Shown piece after piece: positions 31,635 to 41,874 of a stretch of DNA of 64,000 bases. The notes beneath the pieces are model-generated. The model made no database searches, was not told the DNA's origin, and saw only the letters and a program-made list of their open reading frames with translations. The stretch is taken from assembly GCA_944363785.1 (NCBI GenBank), contig CALVVF010000002.1, positions 1,681 to 65,680 on the forward strand, in the 5' to 3' direction. Numbering within the stretch: the stretch's first letter is position 1; every line of letters begins with the position of its first letter. Origin of the DNA: an uncultured Bacilli bacterium. Lineage in GTDB: Bacteria; Bacillota_I; Bacilli_A; RF39; UBA660. The translations under genes were made by a program, and so were the position numbers.

Positions 31635-31824
31635 ATCTACATCATCCCTATTATCATTATAACCAAATAACAGAATTTATACAAAAATAAAAAGAATAAT
31701 TGATAAATTTGACAGTTTTTAAATGGGAAAAATGTAAAGAAAAAGAAATAAAAGATCGAGATATAGAAGTTCTTAGTTTTGTTTGGTATAATGTATATAT
31801 AAAACTAGGATAAGGAGGAAGAAT

Positions 31825-33888
31825 ATGAAAAAGTCAAAAATTTTGTTTATCTTTTCTTTAACTGTTTTCTGCTTTCTTACGACTAGTGTTAATGCTTTAA
31901 CGGCTGCGGAAGTAGCAGCAAGACCGACAGATTGTGCAAATTATGAATTAGCTAGTGCTGAACCGGATGGATCACTAAATAAAGTAGCTTGTTATAATAC
32001 GTATGAAGAAGCAAAACAAGTGATGAATTCTACAGCCAATGATAATTTAGTTATCGTAGGTAATCGAAGAATTGTCGATGCTAAATATGCTATGATCGAT
32101 TATGATCAATCTACTGAAACAGGATATACTAGTGTGTATTCCGATAAGTATTTAAGTAGTGAAATCACTTATATTAGAGGTGGAAATAGTGATGATGCGG
32201 TATTTTTAGAGTTGGATGCCGCAACAGGAAGAATTAAAATCAAAGTATCAGGTACTGTCGGTTGGATTAAAAGATATGAAAATGAGTCGGCGATGAGTTA
32301 TCCATTATATGATATTGTACCTTTATCATGGGTAAAGAGTCCAAGTTATTATCAAGTAACAGGTAGTGATTTAATCCATCACTTACCACGTAACGTTTAT
32401 AATACTAAAGGAGAAAATCAATTAGTTATCGGAAAGAAACCTTCTATGTTAAATGAGGGAACTTACTATAGTTATGATGGTAACTACTTCTATACTGATT
32501 TAAAACAGATGATTAATGATTATAAACAGGGGACTTATCAGAATGCCGTGAATAAGAATAATCCGTTTTATAACTATTATCAATATCTTTCATTTCGTAC
32601 AAAGACAAATTATAATGCGGAAAATATCAATCAATTTATCGATGCTAGAACCAGTAATCCTAATTCGAAATTAAAGAATACCGGTCAATATTTTATTGAA
32701 AATCAAAATAATTATGGAATCAATGCTATTTTAATGTTAGCGATTGGTATCAATGAATCTGGATATGGAACCAGTAATATTGCCCAAACTAAAAATAATT
32801 TATTTGGTCTAAATGCAATCGACAAAACCCCAGGTCAATCAGCAGATTATTTTGCTTCTGTAGCTGACTGTATTGGTGAATTTGCTTATGTATGGTTAGA
32901 TTATGGTTTTGTTCAACCAGGTGATTATCGTTTCAGGGGAGCCAATCTTGGAAACAAAGGAGTAGGTTTAAATATTAAATATGCATCTGATCCATATTGG
33001 GGAGAAAAAGCAGCCCAATATTATTACGATTTGGATAAATATTACGGTTTTCAGGACTATGAAGCCTATGCGATTGCGGTATTAAACAACAACTATAATA
33101 ATACAGTTTATCCTAAGAAAACCCCAGGTGGTTTAAATGTATCTAGTAGTTTCTATCAATATAAAGTAGCCGGTAGCCCAGTCGTTGTTTTAGAAGAAGT
33201 AACGGGACCTAATGTAAATGGAAATACAACTTGGTATAAGATTATGAGTGATCCAACTTTAGATGGCGACTTAGAATACATTGGTGATTCTAAAAGTAAT
33301 CCTAGGGTGACTTATCCATGGGATACGATGCATGTATATGTACCTGCTAGTTATTTTTATAAAGTAAATAGTGGAGAAGGAGTACCACCAACACCAGAAG
33401 AACCAACAGATCCTGAAGTACCACCAGAAGTTCCTGAAACTCCAGAAGAACCACAACATAAACCAATATCATCAATCGTTCAAGAAGCTAGTTATGCTTA
33501 TGAAAATGGAATAATCTCTAAGATACAACCAGGTACAAGTATAGAAACAATAAAAGGTAATTTAACAAATGCCGGTGGGGTAGTCACAGTTACTGATCCA
33601 AATGGGAATACTGTAGAAAGTGGACAAATAGGAACCGGATATCAAGTACATATTACCTCAGGAACAACGGAAGTATTAACGGTTTTGATCTATGGAGATA
33701 CTGATGGTAATGGTGCCATTTCGGCAGTAGATTATGTACGAGTAAAAAATAAAATTATGGATGGTGGCGGATTACAAGGTGCTTATGAAAAAGCCGCTGA
33801 CGTAAATAAAGATGGTACAATATCAGCTGTTGACTATGTAAATATTAAAAACTACATCATGGGTACAGACAATGTAATAAGTAATTAG
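31825..33888 (+). CDS. Secreted peptidoglycan hydrolase. It has a signal peptide, an N-terminal domain of unknown function, a glucosaminidase domain (mannosyl-glycoprotein endo-beta-N-acetylglucosaminidase family), a Pro/Glu-rich linker and a C-terminal type-I dockerin-like tandem Ca-binding repeat.
   Basis: Glucosaminidase core NTGQYFIENQNNYGINAILMLAIGINESGYGTS..NNLFGLNA. Linker PPTPEEPTDPEVPPEVPETPEEPQ. Dockerin repeats DTDGNGAISAVDYVRVKNKIMD and DVNKDGTISAVDYVNIKNYIMG at the extreme C-terminus. Confidence 0.6.
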   Translation: MKKSKILFIFSLTVFCFLTTSVNALTAAEVAARPTDCANYELASAEPDGSLNKVACYNTYEEAKQVMNSTANDNLVIVGNRRIVDAKYAMIDYDQSTETGYTSVYSDKYLSSEITYIRGGNSDDAVFLELDAATGRIKIKVSGTVGWIKRYENESAMSYPLYDIVPLSWVKSPSYYQVTGSDLIHHLPRNVYNTKGENQLVIGKKPSMLNEGTYYSYDGNYFYTDLKQMINDYKQGTYQNAVNKNNPFYNYYQYLSFRTKTNYNAENINQFIDARTSNPNSKLKNTGQYFIENQNNYGINAILMLAIGINESGYGTSNIAQTKNNLFGLNAIDKTPGQSADYFASVADCIGEFAYVWLDYGFVQPGDYRFRGANLGNKGVGLNIKYASDPYWGEKAAQYYYDLDKYYGFQDYEAYAIAVLNNNYNNTVYPKKTPGGLNVSSSFYQYKVAGSPVVVLEEVTGPNVNGNTTWYKIMSDPTLDGDLEYIGDSKSNPRVTYPWDTMHVYVPASYFYKVNSGEGVPPTPEEPTDPEVPPEVPETPEEPQHKPISSIVQEASYAYENGIISKIQPGTSIETIKGNLTNAGGVVTVTDPNGNTVESGQIGTGYQVHITSGTTEVLTVLIYGDTDGNGAISAVDYVRVKNKIMDGGGLQGAYEKAADVNKDGTISAVDYVNIKNYIMGTDNVISN

Positions 33889-33896
33889 AAAAGGGG

Positions 33897-35231
33897 ATGA
33901 AGATGAAAAAGAAGTTTCTATATTTACTGATATTAGCCATTAGTTTTTTTGGATTTACTACAAATGGATATGCAGCTTCCTTAGGAATTAGTTCCAGTAG
34001 CCGTAGTGTCGTTAAAGGGGGAAGTGTTAAAGTTACAGTCAATGCTAATGGTTTAATTGGTAAATTTTCAATTACGAGTTCCAATGGGGGTGTTCTTTCA
34101 GGTGGAACAGGTAGCGTATGGTTAGAAAATGAAAGTAAGACATATACATTTAAAGCTAACTCAACAGGTAGTGCTACAATTACAGTAAAAGCTTTAGATG
34201 TATCAGATACCAGTGGAAATTCTTACTCTGGCAGTCGCTCGGTATCGATTAACGTCGTCAATCCCCGTGAAAAATCAACCAACAACAACTTAAAATCTTT
34301 GAGTGTAGAAGGATATACCTTGTCTCCAGAATTCAACAAAGACACTTTAGAATACACAGTAGAACTAGATGCAAGTGTTGAAAAGATTAAAGTTAATGCT
34401 GAAAAAGCAGACTCTTATGCCAGTTTATCTGGTGGAGGAGAAATCGCTGTTTCTGAGGGAGATAATCGAATCGAAATTAAAGTAACTTCAGAAACAGGTA
34501 AAGAAAAAACTTACGTGATTAATGCTATTGTAAAAGATAATAATCCTATTACTGTAGAAGTAGATGATAAAAAGTTAACGGTTGTTAAAAAAGCAAGTTT
34601 ACTATCCAAACCGGATCAATTCGAAGAAATCAACACAGTAATTGGAGAAATTGGCGTTCCTTCTTTCTACAATAAAACAACTGATACTACTCTTGTAGGA
34701 CTACGAGATGAGGAAGGAAAAATAGAATTATATATCTATGATGAAAAACAAAATAGTTATCGAAAGTATCTGTCACTAGCAAGTACAGGGCTTCATTTAA
34801 TCGAAAGAGAAGCAAAAAATATTCCAGAAGGTTATCAAAAAATAACGAAGAAAATTGATGATGTAGAGTATACAGCTTATCAGAAAGATAAGAGTGAATT
34901 CTTATTATTATATGGAATCATTTTAGAAAATGGTAATGAAGGATGGTACTCTTATGATACAAAAGAAAAAACTTTCCAGCGCTATAATGTAGAAGAAATT
35001 AAGAATATGGAAAATGAATACCAAGAGAAAAATAGTACTGATAAAAAAGTAATTATTGGTTTAGGTATTCTATCGGCATTTTTAGCACTTACCACAATAG
35101 CTCTTGCTTTAAAGAAGCCAAAAGTTTATAAACAGGCACTTAAAAATCAAAATGAAACAAAAGAAAAAAAACAAATAAGCAAGAAAAAACAACAAGAAGA
35201 AGAGAAAAAAGAGAATAAAAAGAAAAAATAA
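33897..35231 (+). CDS. Type-I membrane surface protein. It has a signal peptide, a Ser-rich Ig-like (Big_2-like) domain, a cadherin-like beta-sandwich domain, a third domain, a C-terminal TM and a Lys-rich cytoplasmic tail.
   Basis: Cadherin-like motif NNLKSLSVEGYTLSPEFNKDTLEYTVEL...NRIEIKVTSETGKEKTYVINA. TM VIIGLGILSAFLALTTIALAL. Tail KKQISKKKQQEEEKKENKKKK. The start is 8 nt after the upstream gene stop. Confidence 0.5.
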   Translation: MKMKKKFLYLLILAISFFGFTTNGYAASLGISSSSRSVVKGGSVKVTVNANGLIGKFSITSSNGGVLSGGTGSVWLENESKTYTFKANSTGSATITVKALDVSDTSGNSYSGSRSVSINVVNPREKSTNNNLKSLSVEGYTLSPEFNKDTLEYTVELDASVEKIKVNAEKADSYASLSGGGEIAVSEGDNRIEIKVTSETGKEKTYVINAIVKDNNPITVEVDDKKLTVVKKASLLSKPDQFEEINTVIGEIGVPSFYNKTTDTTLVGLRDEEGKIELYIYDEKQNSYRKYLSLASTGLHLIEREAKNIPEGYQKITKKIDDVEYTAYQKDKSEFLLLYGIILENGNEGWYSYDTKEKTFQRYNVEEIKNMENEYQEKNSTDKKVIIGLGILSAFLALTTIALALKKPKVYKQALKNQNETKEKKQISKKKQQEEEKKENKKKK

Positions 35232-35261
35232 TCATATTAGATAACAGAAAGGAAAAACAGT

Positions 35262-35651
35262 ATGAAAGAAGCCCAAACTTTTGTTCTCGATGAAAGTGGA
35301 ATTCTCCACACGTATCAGAATGAATGGCACACAGACAATCATTATGATCACATCGAAAAAAATTGTAAAAATTTAGTAGTTAATGAATATATACCTATTT
35401 TATTAGCTAGAAATGGAAACTGTGTTTTAGATCTTAGTGAAAGTAGAAAATTATGTGAAGTTTACTTACCACAATCTATCACAGAAAAGCAAAAAGAATG
35501 GTTATTAGGAAAAGAAAAACATCTACAAGAATTTCATTTAGGAATTTACAGTATCCATACATCAGAAGAAAGCTGGATTAGAGAATGGGAACAATTTGAA
35601 ACATTAAAAGAAGAAATCAATCGTAAGAAAGTTAAAGAAAAAAAGATTTAA
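35262..35651 (+). CDS. Hypothetical cytoplasmic protein (129 aa).
   Basis: ORF with an RBS. No family recognised. Confidence 0.35.
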   Translation: MKEAQTFVLDESGILHTYQNEWHTDNHYDHIEKNCKNLVVNEYIPILLARNGNCVLDLSESRKLCEVYLPQSITEKQKEWLLGKEKHLQEFHLGIYSIHTSEESWIREWEQFETLKEEINRKKVKEKKI

Positions 35652-35709
35652 TAGTGTCTTGTAGAAGTAAAAAACATTCTATAAAGTTCAGAAACGATAT
35701 CAAGATAAA

Positions 35710-35747
35710 AGAAAAAGGACCTAACTTGTGTGGTTAGATCCTTTTAT
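35710..35747. terminator. Bidirectional terminator between convergent genes.
   Basis: Stem AGGACCTAAC / GTTAGATCCT (one mismatch), with an A-run upstream and a T-run downstream. Confidence 0.5.
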
Positions 35748-37309
35748 TTGCCGGAACTTAAAGTAATTGTAATCGTCGTATTCTTTGGTACTTGACTATC
35801 TTTTTTCATGGATTGTTTAATCACAGTATCTTTTGTTTCATTACTACTAGCCGTAGTAAACGAACAAATCAAATCAGCTTCTTCACAAAGTGTTTGTGCT
35901 TCTGCTTTAGTCTTTCCCATAAAATTAGGAACTGTCGTTCTGCCGCCTTGGGAAATTACTAAACTGATTGTATCAGTATTTTTAATTAAATCGCCTTCTT
36001 TATGGGAAGAAGAAATTAATTTCCCACTTTCAACACTAGAATCAAAAGAATAATCTATATGATATGATATCTCATTTTCTTCAGCCCATTTTTTAAAATC
36101 ATCGACATTCGTAAACTTAATCATTCGAATTTGTCCTTTAGAAATAACTACTCTAATCGTATCATTTACTTGAGCAACATCACCTTTAATTTTACTACTA
36201 CGAATTACTTTTCCTTCTTCAATAGAATCATCAAACTCTTCTTTAAATTCCACTTTCAAATGATTGTCCGTTGCCCAACTGGTAATTTCACTAGCACTCA
36301 TTTTAGAAAAGTCTGGTATTGTAATATCTTTTTTTCGCGCAATAGTAATTACTACTTCTTTGGTTCGCTCTTTATCGATTATTTTCCCTTTAGTAATACT
36401 TTGTTTAATAATTGTACCTTCTTCATATTCTTCACTATAACCATATTCAACAGTATAGGAAATTGCATTTCGCTTTAACCAAAGACTTCCCTGAAAGAGA
36501 TCTTTTCCGACTAAATTAATCATGGCGATTGACTCTAAATCCTCTTCTTTACCGAGAGATGCTTTAAGAGTAATTTTACTATTTCTTTTCATTTCCTCGT
36601 CATTTTCATTTTCCTGTTCGAAGATAACATCTTTTTTGACATCATCACGAAATTCAAAATTAACTTCCACATTGGTTAAAAAATTTTCTTCTACAAAATC
36701 ACTAACTTCATCTACTGTCCATCCAACCATATCAGGAATCGCCGTTTCTTTTTCTTGATTAGGTCCATCTGAAACAGTAACTACTATTTTCTCAATATCC
36801 TTAACCAATGTACCTGGAGTTATATCTTGACTCATCACCTTATACATTTCTAAACTATCACTATTTTCATATATCTGTTCCACTAAAACATCATGTTTTT
36901 CTGCCCATTCGATAACCTCAGTAATATCTTTTCCATAAAAGTTGAGTACATAACTTTGGTTAGGTAACTTTATCCAATCAGCAGCAACTAAAAGTTGAAA
37001 ACCACTATATAAAGATAACAACAGACTCGCTATAATGACATAAATACGTCCTTTAGGATTATCTGCAAACAAACTAATAATCATAAAAAACAATGTAAAT
37101 AAAGCTAAAATAGAAACACCAATAATCGTAGATAATTGTTCGATGATATCTTGACTAGTAATTACTGTATAAATAAAGTAAGTAACCATTAAAACAAAAG
37201 CAAGAGCTAAACAAAAATAAGTAATATATTTCACCCATCGATTCTTCGCATTCATTTCATCAATTCCCATTTGTGAAACTGTTTTTACCTTTACTTTTCC
37301 CAAATCCAT
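35744..37309 (-). CDS. Membrane protein with an N-terminal multi-TM region and at least three extracellular PASTA domains (no kinase or transpeptidase domain).
   Basis: PASTA-like repeats IPDMVGWTVDEV..., IPDFSKMSASEITSWATDNHLKV and VPNFMGKTKAEAQTLCEEADL. 4-5 N-terminal TM helices. Confidence 0.55.
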   Translation of the reverse strand: MDLGKVKVKTVSQMGIDEMNAKNRWVKYITYFCLALAFVLMVTYFIYTVITSQDIIEQLSTIIGVSILALFTLFFMIISLFADNPKGRIYVIIASLLLSLYSGFQLLVAADWIKLPNQSYVLNFYGKDITEVIEWAEKHDVLVEQIYENSDSLEMYKVMSQDITPGTLVKDIEKIVVTVSDGPNQEKETAIPDMVGWTVDEVSDFVEENFLTNVEVNFEFRDDVKKDVIFEQENENDEEMKRNSKITLKASLGKEEDLESIAMINLVGKDLFQGSLWLKRNAISYTVEYGYSEEYEEGTIIKQSITKGKIIDKERTKEVVITIARKKDITIPDFSKMSASEITSWATDNHLKVEFKEEFDDSIEEGKVIRSSKIKGDVAQVNDTIRVVISKGQIRMIKFTNVDDFKKWAEENEISYHIDYSFDSSVESGKLISSSHKEGDLIKNTDTISLVISQGGRTTVPNFMGKTKAEAQTLCEEADLICSFTTASSNETKDTVIKQSMKKDSQVPKNTTITITLSSGK

Positions 37310-37458
37310 CACCTCTATTAATATTATTATATAATAAAAATAAAAGTCCTCAAGATAAACTTGACTACAAACTGTAAACTAAAGTGTGAAATAAAAGTAT
37401 AAAACTTTAAGTCGAAAAAAGAAAATACGTGATATAATAACAGTACTAGGGGGAAAAT

Positions 37459-38187
37459 ATGACAAAACTGGACAAACGATTACACACTTTTTATATCTAT
37501 CTAAAAGATCATTATCGATCTATCTCCTATAGTTTACTCATATTAGTAGGAATAGTTTTTTCACTATTACTACCAGATATTATTTTAAGAAGTAAAATAG
37601 GGATAGAAATTAACTCATTATTAAGCCCACTATTATTTACATTAAGTTGGATTTTTCTACTCATTGGGATAATGATACTTTTAAAGAAAAGAACGAGAAT
37701 GATTTTGTATGGAGTAGTTGTTGTATTAACTAATATAACGGTTATCCTACAAGATTTGTTTTTAAACGGTCAAGGAAAAATGTCTCAAGTAGAAGATTTT
37801 TTAACTGTCTTTAGCCTAAAAGAATTTACGGTTCATACGGATGTAGTTATAGCTATCTTTATCTCTTTAATCCTTATGATTATAACTATTTGGCTATTAA
37901 AAAAACAAGAAGAATATCCCCTTGACCACTATCAAAAAATTTATGTTATATTAACGACAATTATTTTAGTTGGTTTCTGTAAAGGGAGTGCGACAACTTT
38001 ACTAGGACCAGAAATGATTAGTAAAACAAATAAAGTAGTCGATCCTAATCTTTATGAAAAAAATACATATCTAGCTCGTCAAGACATAACGAAAATGATG
38101 AACATTTCAGGGGTATATGAAGAAACTTATCAGAGTATCTGTGAGTGGTTAAGAAAAGAGTATGAAAAGAGAAATTTGGAAGAATAG
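37459..38187 (+). CDS. Polytopic membrane protein of unknown function (first gene of the glycopolymer locus).
   Basis: About 6 TM segments. RBS AGGGGGA. Confidence 0.4.
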   Translation: MTKLDKRLHTFYIYLKDHYRSISYSLLILVGIVFSLLLPDIILRSKIGIEINSLLSPLLFTLSWIFLLIGIMILLKKRTRMILYGVVVVLTNITVILQDLFLNGQGKMSQVEDFLTVFSLKEFTVHTDVVIAIFISLILMIITIWLLKKQEEYPLDHYQKIYVILTTIILVGFCKGSATTLLGPEMISKTNKVVDPNLYEKNTYLARQDITKMMNISGVYEETYQSICEWLRKEYEKRNLEE

Positions 38188-38201
38188 AAAGGGTAAGAAA
38201 T

Positions 38202-39479
38202 ATGAATAGATGGCTCCAAAAAAACATTAGTTTAATTATTTTAGTTTTTTTATATGCGCAACCAATTATCGATCTTTTAACTTCGTTTTGTATTCATGTT
38301 TTAGAAATAAGGATTACAATCGGTATAATTATTCGGGTGTTATTTCTATTATTTCTATTTTATTACTATTTGTTTGTATTACCGAAGCAAGATAAGAAAA
38401 AGGGATGGTATGTTTGGTTAATAATTGGATATCTAGTCCTTTTTATTGGACAAGTTTATCTATTAAAGGATAGTAGTGTATTATTTTATGAGTTATCTAA
38501 TACCGTAAGAGCTTTCTATTTTCCTATTCTATTAGTACTACTATGGACGATTTCTAAAGAACAAAAGATCATGATCGAAAAAAAATATTTTGTTTATATT
38601 TCCTTGATTTATGTTTTCTTTATCATTGTTCCTACGATCTTTGGATTACAATTAAATGGATACACAGAAGGAAAAATAGGCAATATTGGTTGGTTTAATT
38701 CTTCAAATGAAATTAGTGCCATTCTATCTATAGCTCTTCCTTTTATTGTCTATTATTTAATTAAGAGTAAGGGAATAGTAAAAAAAGTTTTGATTTCCCT
38801 AGCTTGTCTTTACGTAATCTTTAACTTAGGAAGTAAAATTGTGATTTTAAGTTTAGGAATAACTTTATTTGTTTTCTTCCTTCTTTTGATAAAAAAACAA
38901 TTAGAAAAAAAGAATATTAAAATAATTGCCTTATTTCTATCTTTGATTATTGTGATCAGTAGTATCGGAATAGTACTTATTCCTAGAACGAATTTCTATC
39001 AGAATATAAGAATTCACCTCGAGTTTTTAGGAGTAGAGAATATTAGTGAAATATTCACAGATTATCAGTTATTTGATCACTTTATCTTTAGTAGTAGACT
39101 ATCTTTCTTAGAAGAAACTGCTTCTAACTATCATCAAGCACCACTTACAGAAAAATTACTAGGAATAGGGTATGTAGAAAATTACGGAACGTTAACAGAA
39201 AATCGAAAAACGATCGAAATTGATCCCTTTGATATCTTATTTAGACATGGAATAATAGGTTTTCTCATTTATATGATCCCTTTTGTTTATCTTATCGTTT
39301 TGAGTATAAAGTCGAGAAAAAAAGAAAACTTTGTTTATTTTCTTGCATTGGGCATAAGTATTTTATTAATGTGCTTATCCGGACATGTTTTAACTTCACC
39401 AGCTGTCAGTATATTTGTAGCGATGATTTTAATTACTATGATAGATAAGAATAATCAAAATAGAAAGGAAATAGAATGA
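38202..39479 (+). CDS. O-antigen ligase / Wzy-like polytopic membrane protein.
   Basis: 10-12 TM helices with a larger loop in the C-terminal half (NGYTEGKIGNIGWFNSSNEISAI), Wzy_C-like. Confidence 0.45.
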   Translation: MNRWLQKNISLIILVFLYAQPIIDLLTSFCIHVLEIRITIGIIIRVLFLLFLFYYYLFVLPKQDKKKGWYVWLIIGYLVLFIGQVYLLKDSSVLFYELSNTVRAFYFPILLVLLWTISKEQKIMIEKKYFVYISLIYVFFIIVPTIFGLQLNGYTEGKIGNIGWFNSSNEISAILSIALPFIVYYLIKSKGIVKKVLISLACLYVIFNLGSKIVILSLGITLFVFFLLLIKKQLEKKNIKIIALFLSLIIVISSIGIVLIPRTNFYQNIRIHLEFLGVENISEIFTDYQLFDHFIFSSRLSFLEETASNYHQAPLTEKLLGIGYVENYGTLTENRKTIEIDPFDILFRHGIIGFLIYMIPFVYLIVLSIKSRKKENFVYFLALGISILLMCLSGHVLTSPAVSIFVAMILITMIDKNNQNRKEIE

Positions 39480-40342
39480 AAACAGGAATAATTATTGTAA
39501 ATTATAATGATTTTACTTCTACCGAAAAGTTAATCAACAACATCAAAGATTACCGGATAATCGATAAAATTGTCGTTGTGGATAATCATTCGAGTGATGA
39601 CTCTCCTCAGAAGTTAAACAAGTTAAAACTACCCAAATTAAAAGTGATCATTAACGAAGAAAATAAAGGCTATTCCTATGCGATTAATACCGGCGCTAAA
39701 TATTTAATTGCCGAGTATAAAGAGTGTAATATCATCATTTCTAACGCAGATGTCATTATCGAAAAAGAAGAAGATATTGAAACGTTAATTAAATTACTTC
39801 ATCGTAAAAATGTAGGAATAGTCGCTCCAACTATTTTAGAAAGAGGAACTAAAAATAGAGGGTGGAAAAATCCTACTCCTAAACAAGAAATCGTTCTCAA
39901 TTTAGCGTACATTCATCGCTTTTTTAGAAAGAAATATCTCTATTATGACGATGATTATTATCAAGGAGATTTCAGTATTGTCGATGTTTTATCTGGCTGT
40001 TTCTTTTTGATCCAATCAAAAACACTACAGGCAGTAAATTACTTAGATGATCATGTTTTTCTTTATTATGAAGAAAATATCTTAGCGAAGAAATTACAAG
40101 TAAAGAAAAAAATAAATTTGATCAGCAACAAAGTAACGATTATCCATAATCATTCGGTAACGATTGATAAAAGCTTAAAAAGAATAAAAAAATATAAAGC
40201 CCAAAAGAAAAGTCAATATTACTTTGAAGTCGAGTATAATAATGCTTCGTTGTTAGAGAGAATGTTGTTAAAACTAACGGCATGGTTATCACAAATTATT
40301 CTTTCTATTGGCTATTTTATTCAAGACTTGTTAAGAAAATAA
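39476..40342 (+). CDS. Family 2 glycosyltransferase.
   Basis: IIVNYND...VVVDNHSSDDS, DxD-like NADVII. The ATGA overlap with the upstream gene suggests coupling. Confidence 0.7.
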   Translation: MKTGIIIVNYNDFTSTEKLINNIKDYRIIDKIVVVDNHSSDDSPQKLNKLKLPKLKVIINEENKGYSYAINTGAKYLIAEYKECNIIISNADVIIEKEEDIETLIKLLHRKNVGIVAPTILERGTKNRGWKNPTPKQEIVLNLAYIHRFFRKKYLYYDDDYYQGDFSIVDVLSGCFFLIQSKTLQAVNYLDDHVFLYYEENILAKKLQVKKKINLISNKVTIIHNHSVTIDKSLKRIKKYKAQKKSQYYFEVEYNNASLLERMLLKLTAWLSQIILSIGYFIQDLLRK

Positions 40343-40356
40343 GAAAGGATGTAGTA

Positions 40357-41874
40357 ATGAAGAAAAATAAAGAGACAATACAAGAAATTATTAGCTATCT
40401 AATTGAAGGAATAACTTCCTTCTTTTTAGGAATCTTTATTTTTCGTTATGGATGTCAACCCAATTTATGGATGGATGGCATCTTTATTTTCGTTTTCAGT
40501 TGTTTTTTACTAATAGAAATATTTGTTCTGTATCGAAGAGAAAAGAAACACTTAGAAAAAGTTTTTCTTCTATTAGGAATTCCTATTTGTTTTCTTTATA
40601 CATTATGTTTAGGACCATACCGAATTATGGATGAAACTGCTCATCTTGTGAAATCTCTCGATTTATCCTATGGGAATATCATTACGGTTAAAGATGAAGA
40701 GGATAAAGGAATAGTTTATGTCCCTGAAGGGGTAAATGAAATTGATGATAAAAAAATAACGAACTTTTCTTCACTTAGTAAAGCATTAACGGAAAAAACA
40801 GCTTATGAAAATTTAGTGAGAATGAATCCCTTTTTTACCTATACAGTTTTAAATTCACCGACTCCTTATCTATTATCCGCTAGTGGCTTTGCGTTCGGTA
40901 GACTACTAAATTTAAATCTTTATATATCAATGTATTTAGCTAAATTTTTCCAGTTAATTTTTTTCTTGATTGCGGGATACTTCATCATTAAATTTCTACC
41001 TGTTGGAAAGTTATTTGGCATGATTTATCTGTTTAATCCTATGGTCCTACAACAGATGTCATCGATTGGAGCCGATAATTTTACCAATTTAACTTGTTTA
41101 CTCTTGATCAGTTATCTATTAAAACTGAAATTTCAAAAAGAAGATATCACTTTAAAACAGGTTAGTTTACTAAGTATATTTATGATTTTAGTCTCCAGTA
41201 GTAAATTTATCTATTTTCCACTCATCGGTTTAGTATTATTACTTAGAAAGAAAATAAAAACGAAAAGAGAAAAAATTATCCTTATCATAGCAACGATTTT
41301 CTCTTTAGTATTAGCTTTATTATTTATTAAGATTGGATTAGGGTACGATAACGAATTTGCGTTATTTGTTTCCGAAAATGAAATTGATGCGATGAAACAA
41401 TTAGAACACGTCATCAAGAATCCTTTTAAATTCTTAGTTGTCTGTTTATCTACACTATTTACTAATTTTAATCTCTATGTAGAAGGTTTATTTGGAAGAC
41501 AATTGGGAAATACAGATATCTCATTATTTTATCCAAGTTATATAGCTTATATTCTTCTATTCTTCTTTGTTCTCTTCTGGGAAAAAGAAAAACAACGATT
41601 AGACAGATCAACTAAACTTCCTTTTTTAATTGTAGGAATCATCTTAAGTTTCTGTGTGTTTGGGGTAGAGTATCTAACGTGGAGTGGAGTAGGAAGTGAT
41701 CTTGTAGATGGGGTTCAAGGCAGATACTTTTTACCGTTCTTTATCCTCTTTATGTTATGTTTAAAAAGAAAACCAAGACCTAGAAATCTAAAATATGTTC
41801 AAGAAATTTCTGTGTTATGCTTGCTCGTTATCGAAATAAGTGATATTTTTATATTAAGTACAAGCTATATGTAG
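40357..41874 (+). CDS. Large polytopic membrane protein, a candidate GT-C-fold (YfhO/PMT-like) glycosyltransferase.
   Basis: About 12 TM helices with extracytoplasmic loops. Start at ATG 40357 (RBS AAGGATG), rather than the 40282 in-frame overlap. Confidence 0.4.
   Translation: MKKNKETIQEIISYLIEGITSFFLGIFIFRYGCQPNLWMDGIFIFVFSCFLLIEIFVLYRREKKHLEKVFLLLGIPICFLYTLCLGPYRIMDETAHLVKSLDLSYGNIITVKDEEDKGIVYVPEGVNEIDDKKITNFSSLSKALTEKTAYENLVRMNPFFTYTVLNSPTPYLLSASGFAFGRLLNLNLYISMYLAKFFQLIFFLIAGYFIIKFLPVGKLFGMIYLFNPMVLQQMSSIGADNFTNLTCLLLISYLLKLKFQKEDITLKQVSLLSIFMILVSSSKFIYFPLIGLVLLLRKKIKTKREKIILIIATIFSLVLALLFIKIGLGYDNEFALFVSENEIDAMKQLEHVIKNPFKFLVVCLSTLFTNFNLYVEGLFGRQLGNTDISLFYPSYIAYILLFFFVLFWEKEKQRLDRSTKLPFLIVGIILSFCVFGVEYLTWSGVGSDLVDGVQGRYFLPFFILFMLCLKRKPRPRNLKYVQEISVLCLLVIEISDIFILSTSYM

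Noticed and set aside
31825-33888. Interpreting the dockerin-bearing protein as a cellulosomal enzyme.
   Set aside because: The catalytic domain is a peptidoglycan glucosaminidase. No cellulases, scaffoldins or CBMs are nearby, and the genome context is cell-envelope maintenance.
33897-34260. N-terminal domain of the 33897 protein as a cohesin partnering the upstream dockerin.
   Set aside because: The domain is about 95 aa and Ser/Thr-rich with a Big_2-like pattern. Cohesins are ~140-aa domains with different conserved motifs. I kept only the weaker 'possible partner' hypothesis.
40282-40356. ORF-track start at 40282 giving a 530-aa protein overlapping the upstream GT2 by 60 nt.
   Set aside because: The internal ATG at 40357 has a proper RBS (AAGGATG) and begins with the MKK-type N-terminus. 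The long overlap is unlikely.
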